Part shown: one piece after another, positions 9,215 to 16,658 of the stretch
How positions within the stretch are numbered: position 1 is the stretch's first letter
Layout: the number at the start of each line of letters is the position of its first letter
The notes under the pieces: model-generated
Database searches by the model: none
What the model saw: the letters and a program-made list of their open reading frames with translations, nothing else
What the model was told of the DNA's origin: nothing
Program-made: the position numbers and the translations under genes
Assembly (NCBI GenBank): GCA_016927275.1
Contig: JAFGMW010000064.1
Span: 1 to 54,717 of the forward strand
DNA length: 54,717 bases
Direction of reading: 5' to 3'
DNA from: Pseudomonadota bacterium
GTDB lineage: Bacteria; UBA10199; 2-02-FULL-44-16; JAAZCA01

Positions 9215-10399
9215 TCATCTCCCCAGTATCGCCCTGTGGACGATCGCCTGCATGGTCTCCCCTGCCGCGGCGCTCTTCGCGGTCACGGTGTCGCCCGGCT
9301 TCACCAGCTGCAGCCCCTCGATTATCACCTCTTCGCCGGGCGAGAGGGCGCCGGTCACCGCCCGCATGCCGTCGTATTTCGCGCCGCTTGAGACGTAGAC
9401 CCTCTTGGCCACGCTGCCCGCCTCGAGCGCCATGACGTACTGGCCGATCTGGTCGGCGGCGAGCGCCTTCTCGGGGATGAGCAGCGCCTCCTCGGATTCG
9501 CTCAGGAAGAGGCGGGCGTTCACGTACACGCCCGGCAGCAGCGTCTTCTCCGGGTTGGGGACCGTGGCGCGCATGGCCACGGTGCTCGTGCCCGCATCGA
9601 CCTGGTTGTCCACGAACTCGAGGGTCCCCATGTGGGGGCACTGCTCCCCGTCGGCGAACGATATGCCGACCGAAAGCTCCGAGCGCGCCATATGCTCGAC
9701 GATCCTGTGGGACTCCTCGTCGCTCGGGCTGAAGTAGACGTAGATGGGGTCGAGCAGCACGATGGTGGCGAGCTTCGTGGCCTCGCCCTTTCCCACGAGG
9801 TTGCCCACGTTCACGAGCGTGCGCCCCAACCTGCCGTCGAAGGGGGCGTAGACCCGGCAGTAGCCGAGGTTGAGGCTCGCCTGCTCGGCGGCGCCGGCGC
9901 TCGACTCGACGCGGGCCGCGGCCTCCTGCATGGAGGTGACCAGGTTGTCGAAGTTCTCCCTGGAGACGTAGTCCTTCTCAGAGAGGCCCCGGTACCGCTC
10001 GACCTGCTCCTTGGCGAAGGCGAGCTCCGCCTCGTCGCGGGCGAGCTGCCCCTTCGCCTCGGCCAGCGCCGCCTCGTAGGGCCTGGGGTCTATCACGTAG
10101 AGGAGGTCCCCCTCCTTCACGTCGTCGCCCTCCACGAAATTCCGCTCAACGAGAAACCCCTCGACCCTCGCTCTTATGTCCACGGTCATCTTCGCGGCGG
10201 TGGTGCCCACGTAGTCGATGTATATCGGCACGCTCTTTTTCACGACCGGCGCGACCGTGACCGTGGCCCGGCCCATGATCATGAGCTGCTCCTTATAGTG
10301 CATGTACGCGAGCAGTGCGAAGAGGAGGATCGCGCCGAAGATCAGCCTGCGCCTGGTGAGCCACCTCCCGCCGAGCTCGTACCTACCGATTCTCACCAT
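9215..10399 (-). CDS. RND periplasmic adaptor (membrane fusion protein)
   Basis: N-terminal TM; VDIRARVEGFL, LYVIDPRPYEA, APFDGRLG, GNLVGKG. Confidence 0.92.
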   Translation of the reverse strand: MVRIGRYELGGRWLTRRRLIFGAILLFALLAYMHYKEQLMIMGRATVTVAPVVKKSVPIYIDYVGTTAAKMTVDIRARVEGFLVERNFVEGDDVKEGDLLYVIDPRPYEAALAEAKGQLARDEAELAFAKEQVERYRGLSEKDYVSRENFDNLVTSMQEAAARVESSAGAAEQASLNLGYCRVYAPFDGRLGRTLVNVGNLVGKGEATKLATIVLLDPIYVYFSPSDEESHRIVEHMARSELSVGISFADGEQCPHMGTLEFVDNQVDAGTSTVAMRATVPNPEKTLLPGVYVNARLFLSESEEALLIPEKALAADQIGQYVMALEAGSVAKRVYVSSGAKYDGMRAVTGALSPGEEVIIEGLQLVKPGDTVTAKSAAAGETMQAIVHRAILGR

Positions 10400-11861
10400 A
10401 GGTCGTTTCCCTTTCCCCCTCCGCCGCGCCGGACGGCTCCGGGATCCTCTCGCCCACCGCGCGCACGAGGTCGGCGTAGGAGGTGTAGATCGCCGACTTC
10501 GAGTCGATGAGCTGCGCGCGCGCGTCGGCGAGAGTCGACTGCGCGTTGAGGAGCTCGACGATGTCCGCCGCGCCCTCCCTGTAGCGCGCCGACGATGCGT
10601 CGAACGACTCGCTCGCTGAGGCCATGAGGGCGCGGCTGGCCGAGAGGCTCTCGACCGCGGTCACATAGTTCTGGTACGCGTCCCAGACCTCCTTCACCAC
10701 CGTATCGTTTGCGAGCTTGAGCTGCGCCTTTGCCGCCTCCAGGTCGTAGCGGGCCTCGCGGAGCGCGTTCTCCATGTCGAAGCCGTGAAATATCGGGATC
10801 TCGAGCCTGAGCCCGCCGTAGGCGGTGGCCTCCTCCACGCTCCTGGACCTGAACCAGCCGAGGGTCCCTGTGCCCGTGAGCTTGGGGAAGGGCAGCGAGC
10901 GCGCCGCGCGCATCTCGGACTCCCTCTGCCTCACCAGCGCCTGGGCCGCGCCGATGTCCGGCCTCGCCTCGCCCGCATCCGCGATCAGCGAGTCCACGTT
11001 CGTGCCGAGCTTTCGCACCGGCGGGTCGCCGAGCTCCTCGCCCACCGAGAGGGGGACGTTTGCGGGCCAGCCCACGACCGTCGCGAGCGCGCCCCTGGAT
11101 ATCTCCTTCGCACCCTTCGCGGAGGCGAGATCGAGCTTCACACGGGCCTCGCGCGCGCGGGCCTGCAGCACGTCGGAGACGGTGCTCGCGCCCGCCCGCC
11201 TCCGCGCCTCGGTGGCCGCGAGCGTCGTGGCCGCCTCCCTGAGGTCCTGCTCCGCGGCCTTCACGCGCGCTGCGTCGGCCAGGTGAGTGTAGTATGCCTT
11301 GGGCACGTCGCGGAGCACGTCCTGTATCGCCTGGTTGTGGGACCAGTTCGCGGCGGCGAGCGCCTCGCGGGCGGCGGCCGCCTTTGCGCTGCGGCCCCCG
11401 AAGTCGAGCAGCAGGTACGAAAGCCCCACCCCCATCTGCACGTACGACCTGTCGCTGGTGCCGAGCTGCTGGATCTTGCCCGCGGTCGCCTCGACCCCCC
11501 CGTCGATCGTGGGGTAGTAGGGCGACCTGGCCCTGGCCCAGCCCGCTGCGCGCGCCTTTGCCTGCGCCCAGGCGATTCTCGTGGAGTCGTTGCTGAGAAG
11601 CGCTGCGTCTATGAGGTCGGCGAGGGTGAGCGCCTCTCCGCCCTGCGGCGCAGGCTCCAGCGGGGGCTGCATCTCCCTTTCGATCCTCCGCTCCATCGCC
11701 GAATCGATCGCCGGGGCCGATGCCACCTGAACTCCGGGCGCTTGCGATGCGTGCCTTGCGGGGTTGAGCTCAGGGACCGGCCTCGGACATCCGCAGAGGA
11801 GCGCTGCCGCGGCCGATGCGATGAGGGGTGCGGAATATTTTCCAGAAAGGGGTATGCGCAC
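10383..11861 (-). CDS. TolC-family outer membrane efflux lipoprotein
   Basis: GTG start, lipobox LLCG-C, two OEP-like helical repeats, RYREGAADIVELLNAQ C-terminal motif; first gene of the efflux operon. Confidence 0.88.
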   Translation of the reverse strand: MRIPLSGKYSAPLIASAAAALLCGCPRPVPELNPARHASQAPGVQVASAPAIDSAMERRIEREMQPPLEPAPQGGEALTLADLIDAALLSNDSTRIAWAQAKARAAGWARARSPYYPTIDGGVEATAGKIQQLGTSDRSYVQMGVGLSYLLLDFGGRSAKAAAAREALAAANWSHNQAIQDVLRDVPKAYYTHLADAARVKAAEQDLREAATTLAATEARRRAGASTVSDVLQARAREARVKLDLASAKGAKEISRGALATVVGWPANVPLSVGEELGDPPVRKLGTNVDSLIADAGEARPDIGAAQALVRQRESEMRAARSLPFPKLTGTGTLGWFRSRSVEEATAYGGLRLEIPIFHGFDMENALREARYDLEAAKAQLKLANDTVVKEVWDAYQNYVTAVESLSASRALMASASESFDASSARYREGAADIVELLNAQSTLADARAQLIDSKSAIYTSYADLVRAVGERIPEPSGAAEGERETTYGENR

Positions 11862-12032
11862 GCAGGTCCCGCTGCTGTGCGCCCAGTTTCCCTCAGGAAC
11901 TGGGCGGTAATTTCACAAGCGCGGTCAATATGTTATTTGCCCTGTGCTGTCAAACCGACAATGGATCTTTCCGGCGTCCGCATTGACCGTTGGATGGCGG
12001 TGTGCTCTCATGCGCGTCCGGAGGAGGTGGGG

Positions 12033-12788
12033 ATGGCAAGCCTGGGATCGGTGGTGAGGTTTCTGAACGGGGAGCTCAGGGTCAAGTCCTTCAGGGACAG
12101 CTCGCGCAACGGGCTGCAGGTGAGGGGGCGCGGCGAGATCTGCAAGGTGGGGTTCGCGGTGGACGCCTCCATCGAGGTCTTCGAGAAGGCGGCCCGCGCC
12201 GGGTGCGATCTGGTGGTGGTGCACCACGGCATCCTGTGGAAGGGCAAGAGGGACGTGACCCACAACCGCGGCCGCAGGATCGCCTTCCTGAAGGGGCGCC
12301 GCATGGGCCTCTACGCGTGCCACCTGCCGCTCGACGCGCACCCGATATACGGCAACAACATCGTGCTGGCAGAGATGCTCGGGCTCGGCCGCATCGAGAG
12401 ATTCGGCCGCTACGAGGGCGCATACATAGGATACATGGGGAGGTTTTCCCGCCCCATGCCGCTCCGCAGGCTCGCCTCGGTCCTGGGGAGGGGGATCGGC
12501 GCAAGGTGCCTTGCCCTGCCGTACGGAAAGGGGGCGGTCAGGACCGTGGGGATCGTCAGCGGCCGCGGCTCGAGCCTCTTTCCGGAAGCGGTGAGAAAGG
12601 GGCTCGACTGCTTCGTCACCGGCGAGATGCTGCACGAGGCGGTGGTCGAGGCCAGGGACGCGCGCGTGAGCCTCGTCATAGGGGGCCACTATGCCACCGA
12701 GACGGTGGGGGTGCGCGCCCTCATGCCCCTCATCGGGGAGCGCTTCGGGGTGGACACGGTCTTCATAGACGCGCCCGTCTCGATATGA
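12033..12788 (+). CDS. Nif3-like dinuclear metal centre protein (YbgI family)
   Basis: GGAGGAGG SD; VVHHG, CHLPLDAH, FVTGE and GHYATE motifs. Start reset from the long track ORF. Confidence 0.92.
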   Translation: MASLGSVVRFLNGELRVKSFRDSSRNGLQVRGRGEICKVGFAVDASIEVFEKAARAGCDLVVVHHGILWKGKRDVTHNRGRRIAFLKGRRMGLYACHLPLDAHPIYGNNIVLAEMLGLGRIERFGRYEGAYIGYMGRFSRPMPLRRLASVLGRGIGARCLALPYGKGAVRTVGIVSGRGSSLFPEAVRKGLDCFVTGEMLHEAVVEARDARVSLVIGGHYATETVGVRALMPLIGERFGVDTVFIDAPVSI

Positions 12789-12847
12789 ATCTGGACACAG
12801 AAGCGCAGGGATAGTAGTGTACACGGACTTTCAAAAGGGAGGGTGCC

Positions 12848-13348
12848 ATGGGGACGAAGGGACGCGAGATAGTGGGGCTTGACGTTGGGAAGCTCCTGGA
12901 GCTGCTCAACAAGGCGTACGCAGACGAGTGGCTCGCATACTACCAGTACTTCATCGGGGCCAAGCTGGTTAATGGGCCGATGCGCGAGGCCACGGTGGCG
13001 GAGCTCACGCAGCACGCGGCGGACGAGCTCAGGCATGCGGGGCTTCTGGTCGACCGGATCATCCAGCTGGGCGGAACTCCGCTCACCAAGCCCGAGGAGT
13101 GGTACAAGTGGACCAACTGCGGCTACGATGCGCCAAACGATCCGTACGTTGAGGCGATACTCGCGCAGAACATAAAGGGCGAGCAGTGCGCGATCGGGGT
13201 TTACCAGAAGCTGCTCGACCTCACGCGCGACAGGGACATAGTCACCTTCAACATGGTGAGCACGATCCTCACCGACGAGGTTGAGCACGAGGAGGACCTG
13301 CAGGCCATCGCCGAGGACATCGAGGTGATGAAGAAGCACAACAGGTAA
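12848..13348 (+). CDS. DPS-like (DPSL) ferritin-superfamily protein
   Basis: ADEWLAYYQY, ELRHA…RIIQLGG, GEQCAI, DEVEHEED diiron ligands; two Cys (TNCGY, EQCAI). Confidence 0.85.
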   Translation: MGTKGREIVGLDVGKLLELLNKAYADEWLAYYQYFIGAKLVNGPMREATVAELTQHAADELRHAGLLVDRIIQLGGTPLTKPEEWYKWTNCGYDAPNDPYVEAILAQNIKGEQCAIGVYQKLLDLTRDRDIVTFNMVSTILTDEVEHEEDLQAIAEDIEVMKKHNR

Positions 13349-13377
13349 GAGGGGACCTGCCCTCAGATAGTGATAAT

Positions 13378-13408
13378 AACGGCACTTCCGAGAGGGGGTG
13401 CCGTTTTT
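13378..13408 (+). terminator. Rho-independent terminator after the DPSL gene
   Basis: AACGGCACTTCC-GAGA-GGGGGTGCCGTT followed by TTT. Confidence 0.75.
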
Positions 13409-13508
13409 GTCGCTATTTACGCCAACTGTAGGATAATTTGACACTTTCGGTCAGATTTTACCTGCCTCAGCGGGTGTCCCCATCTATTCATTTCTAAATT
13501 CATTTATA

Positions 13509-13521
13509 TTTCAATTAGTTA
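13509..13521 (+). promoter_or_regulatory. IHF-like binding site
   Basis: TTTCAATTAGTTA matches WATCAANNNNTTR with one mismatch; AT-rich context, about 27 bp upstream of a sigma54 -24 element. Confidence 0.5.
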
Positions 13522-13546
13522 AGTATTTTGTTTATATTTCAGTTCT

Positions 13547-13562
13547 TGGCACGGATGTTGCT
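13547..13562 (+). promoter_or_regulatory. Sigma54 (-24/-12) promoter
   Basis: TGGCACGGATGTTGCT is an exact TGGCAC-N5-TTGCW match, 27 bp before the start codon. Confidence 0.75.
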
Positions 13563-13588
13563 TGAAATATAAGTTGGAAGGAGGAGGC

Positions 13589-13780
13589 ATGAAGTTTCAA
13601 GGAAGACACATGTCTGGGTTTGATTTCCTGTGGCTCGTGGCGTGCGTCGTCGCAGCTGTCCTGATTGCCTCGCTGTGCCTGTCGTCGTATATCCCCGACC
13701 GCTCGCTCGTGAACCTTTCCGCATCTGCGGACGATTCAAAGGGCGGCGAGGGCGATCACGAACCCACCGATTTCGCCTGA
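13589..13780 (+). CDS. Small single-TM hypothetical protein (63 aa)
   Basis: GGAGGAGG SD; FLWLVACVVAAVLIASLCL hydrophobic helix and acidic tail. Confidence 0.6.
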   Translation: MKFQGRHMSGFDFLWLVACVVAAVLIASLCLSSYIPDRSLVNLSASADDSKGGEGDHEPTDFA

Positions 13781-13839
13781 TCCCGCTTTGAAAGGCCACG
13801 ATTGAAAAGGGGGCTGTTTTTCTGTATGTAGTTCATGAG

Positions 13840-14625
13840 ATGATCCCGATCATATCGCTGCTGGTCATCGTATCCCTATCGGTCCTCGTCACGAGGATCG
13901 CCACGGTGGCGCTCACCTTCACCGGGATGAGCCGCGAGGTGGCGCGCTTCCAGGCCAGATCGGCCTTCGCGGGCGTGGGATTCACCACCCAGGAGTCGGA
14001 GCAGATAGTGAATCACCCGGTGCGCAGGCGCATAGTGATGATACTCATGCTCTTCGGCAACGCAGGCATCATCACCGTGGTCGCCTCGCTCGTGGTCGCC
14101 CTCCTCAACATCAGGGCGGCGGGCGATTCGGTCCTCCTCAAGCTCGTTGCCCTCTTCGCGGGGCTCGGCGCCATCTGGTTCGTGGCGACCAGCGGCTGGG
14201 TCGATCGTCGCCTCTCAGCGCTGATCGGGTGGGCGCTCAAGAGGTACACGAGCCTGGACGTGAAGGACTACTCGTCGCTTCTGCACATGGCCGGCGAGTA
14301 CAAGGTGGCGGAGCTCTTCGTGGAGCCTGAGGACTGGCTTGCCGGCCGCAGGCTCGCCGACGTGGACCTAGAGGAGGAGGGGGTGCTCGTTCTCGGCATC
14401 ACCAGGGCCGACGGGACGTTCATCGGCGCCCCCAACGGCGCAAGCCGCATACTCTCAGGCGACACGATAGTGGTCTACGGCCGCGAGTCGGCCTTCATGG
14501 AGCTCGACGAGCGCCGCAGCGGCGCGTCGGGGGACATAGAGCACGCCGAGGCGATCGAGGAGTACAAGGAGATCGTCGAGGAGGAGAGGCAGGAGGACCC
14601 GGCCGAGAGGACGCGATCGGAGTGA
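13840..14625 (+). CDS. Membrane protein with TrkA-C (RCK_C) domain
   Basis: SAFAGVGFTTQESE pore-like segment, three TM helices, and WLAGRRLADVDL…VLVLGITRADG…ILSGDTIVVYG RCK_C motif. Confidence 0.8.
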   Translation: MIPIISLLVIVSLSVLVTRIATVALTFTGMSREVARFQARSAFAGVGFTTQESEQIVNHPVRRRIVMILMLFGNAGIITVVASLVVALLNIRAAGDSVLLKLVALFAGLGAIWFVATSGWVDRRLSALIGWALKRYTSLDVKDYSSLLHMAGEYKVAELFVEPEDWLAGRRLADVDLEEEGVLVLGITRADGTFIGAPNGASRILSGDTIVVYGRESAFMELDERRSGASGDIEHAEAIEEYKEIVEEERQEDPAERTRSE

Positions 14626-14635
14626 GCGCCAGGAT

Positions 14636-15115
14636 ATGGACGAGAAAGAGCGAATAGAGCGCGAGGCGCTCACATTCTTCCTCAGGCTCTACAACCGCAA
14701 AAAGGGCACCAAGTACCGGTTCCTCAGGAAGCGGGAGCGGCCCGACTTCGAGATAGTGGAGCGGGCGTCGAGGAAGGTCGTGGGCGTCGAGGTGTCGCAC
14801 ATATTCCACGACAAGAAGGAGGCGATGATGTTCATGGGCCGCGACCCGAGCACGGTCCACGGCATCATCTCCGCCGAGGACAACGTGAAGGTCCTCGTGG
14901 ACATCCTGCGGAAGAAGGCGGAGAAGGTGAGGCACTACCCGTACCGCGGGCCGATAATACTCGTCATCAGGGACTACTCGCAGACCTTCGACCTGAGGAC
15001 CCTCTTCGGCTTCAAGATGGGGCTCAAGGTGCCGCGCTCCGACTACCGCGAGGTCTGGTACCTCTCGCGCTCGAGGCCCGTGAAGAGGTGGGACGAGCTG
15101 GTGCGGCTCAGGTAG
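14636..15115 (+). CDS. Hypothetical basic protein, possible PD-(D/E)XK nuclease fold
   Basis: Host-like codon usage; ERPDFEI…VVGVEVS motif. Confidence 0.55.
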   Translation: MDEKERIEREALTFFLRLYNRKKGTKYRFLRKRERPDFEIVERASRKVVGVEVSHIFHDKKEAMMFMGRDPSTVHGIISAEDNVKVLVDILRKKAEKVRHYPYRGPIILVIRDYSQTFDLRTLFGFKMGLKVPRSDYREVWYLSRSRPVKRWDELVRLR

Positions 15116-15172
15116 CGAGCCCACGGGTTCGTCGCTCGACACGCGCTCCCGGTTCGTGCATAATCACCGCCC

Positions 15173-15619
15173 ATGAAGACAATCGTGAATTTCGTGAGGG
15201 AGAAGGGCTGGCTGGTGCGCGGATCGTGCATCGGGGGTGCGATCGGCGCGCTCGCGATCCACTTCAACGAGGCGCTGCCCCACACCGGCGGGCTCTCGTT
15301 CGGCCTCCCCATGGGGCCGGCCCTTGCGGTGGCGCTGGGCATGATCGGCGGGATGATCGGCGGGGTGATCGGCAGCTTCATCGCCGGGATGTCCGCCCGG
15401 GAGGATGTCGCTCTCAACGTCGGCGAGTCGCTGGGCATCGGGCTCCTCAACGGCTTCGTCGTGGGCACGGCGGTCGGGATCGCCGTAGGCGTGATCGGCA
15501 AGTACCGGCAGGGCGCGGTCACCCCGACGCGCCTCTTCGTCGCGATGGCGGTGCTGGCCGTCGCCGCGTTCTTCCTCATGAGGCGAGGGCGCAGCGCTGG
15601 CCCGAGGGGTCAGTTGTAG
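15173..15619 (+). CDS. Glycine-rich multi-pass membrane protein
   Basis: GxxxG arrays (GGAIGA, LGMIGGMIGGVIGSFIAG) and about four hydrophobic segments. Confidence 0.6.
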   Translation: MKTIVNFVREKGWLVRGSCIGGAIGALAIHFNEALPHTGGLSFGLPMGPALAVALGMIGGMIGGVIGSFIAGMSAREDVALNVGESLGIGLLNGFVVGTAVGIAVGVIGKYRQGAVTPTRLFVAMAVLAVAAFFLMRRGRSAGPRGQL

Positions 15620-15711
15620 ACGAGCTGAATGAACATCCCGGCGGCGACGCTCGTCAGAAAGAGCAGCGCCTTCGCGCTGTCAATCAGGGCGTGTTCCAGA
15701 AAATGGGGCAT
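15610..15711 (-). CDS. Possible 33-aa small hydrophobic protein
   Basis: MPHFLEHALIDSAKALLFLTSVAAGMFIQLVYN*; mostly G/C-ending codons but no SD. Confidence 0.25.
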   Translation of the reverse strand: MPHFLEHALIDSAKALLFLTSVAAGMFIQLVYN

Positions 15712-15862
15712 CGCGGCCGTTTAGAACCCGCTCGGCCGGATGTCAACCCTTCTGCTCGCCCCGAGACATTCGAGGGGCTCGCCCCGAGCCGGTCAGCCGA
15801 TATTTCATTTGCACCGCGTCTTTTGTGAAACTATATTCCGGGCCTCTGCAAAGGGGGATCGG

Positions 15863-16609
15863 ATGCACAAGGCGGTGCTGCTCAGGCACGGGGAGAGCGT
15901 CTGGAACAGGGAGAACCGCTTCACCGGATGGACCGACGTCGACCTCTCGGAAAAGGGGATCGTGGAGGCTCACGAGGGTGCTGCGGAGCTCGCCAAGGGG
16001 GGGTACACGTTCGACGTGGCCTTCACCTCGGTGCTCAAGCGCGCGATACGGACGCTGTGGATCGTGCAGGACGACATGGACCTCATGTGGATACCGGTGC
16101 ACCGCTCCTGGCGCCTCAACGAGCGCCACTACGGCGCGCTGCAGGGGCTCAACAAATCGGAGATGGCCGCGGCCCACGGCGAGGAGCAGGTCAAGATCTG
16201 GCGGCGCAGCTACGACATCCCGCCGCCGGCGCTTGTGCCCGACGACGAGCGCTGGCCCGGCCGCGACCCGCGCTACAGTGAGCTCACGAAGGAGGAGCTG
16301 CCCGCCACCGAGTGCCTCAAGGACACGGTGGAGCGCTTCCTCCCGTACTGGCACAAGACCATCGCGCCGACCATCAGGGCGGGCAAGAGGGTCATCATCG
16401 CGGCCCACGGGAACTCGCTGCGCGCCCTGGTGAAGTATCTCGACGACATCTCCGACCGGGAGATCGTCAGCCTCAACATCCCCACCGGGATGCCGCTGGT
16501 CTACGAGCTGGACGACGACCTGAACGCCGTGAACCGCTACTATCTCGGCGACCCCGACAAGGTGCGGGCGGCCATGGAGGCGGTGGCGAGCCAGGGAAAG
16601 GCGAAGTGA
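15863..16609 (+). CDS. gpmA: 2,3-bisphosphoglycerate-dependent phosphoglycerate mutase
   Basis: [22 protein letters not shown] and AHGNSLRAL motifs. Confidence 0.97.
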   Translation: MHKAVLLRHGESVWNRENRFTGWTDVDLSEKGIVEAHEGAAELAKGGYTFDVAFTSVLKRAIRTLWIVQDDMDLMWIPVHRSWRLNERHYGALQGLNKSEMAAAHGEEQVKIWRRSYDIPPPALVPDDERWPGRDPRYSELTKEELPATECLKDTVERFLPYWHKTIAPTIRAGKRVIIAAHGNSLRALVKYLDDISDREIVSLNIPTGMPLVYELDDDLNAVNRYYLGDPDKVRAAMEAVASQGKAK

Positions 16610-16658
16610 GGGGAGCGGGCTTCGCAATTCGCCCGGCTGCGTCGCATAAGCGAGCGCC

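Noticed and set aside
9159-9641. Apparent N-terminal extension of the RND permease overlapping the MFP gene (possible MFP-RND fusion)
   Set aside because: The extension is an alternate frame of the MFP gene with no protein-like composition; the canonical MFVDFFIKRP start is at 9158.
13589-13780. Possible type IV prepilin (…MSG/FDFLW…)
   Set aside because: Lacks Glu at +5, has no pilin globular domain, and no pil/gsp/tad genes are in the window.
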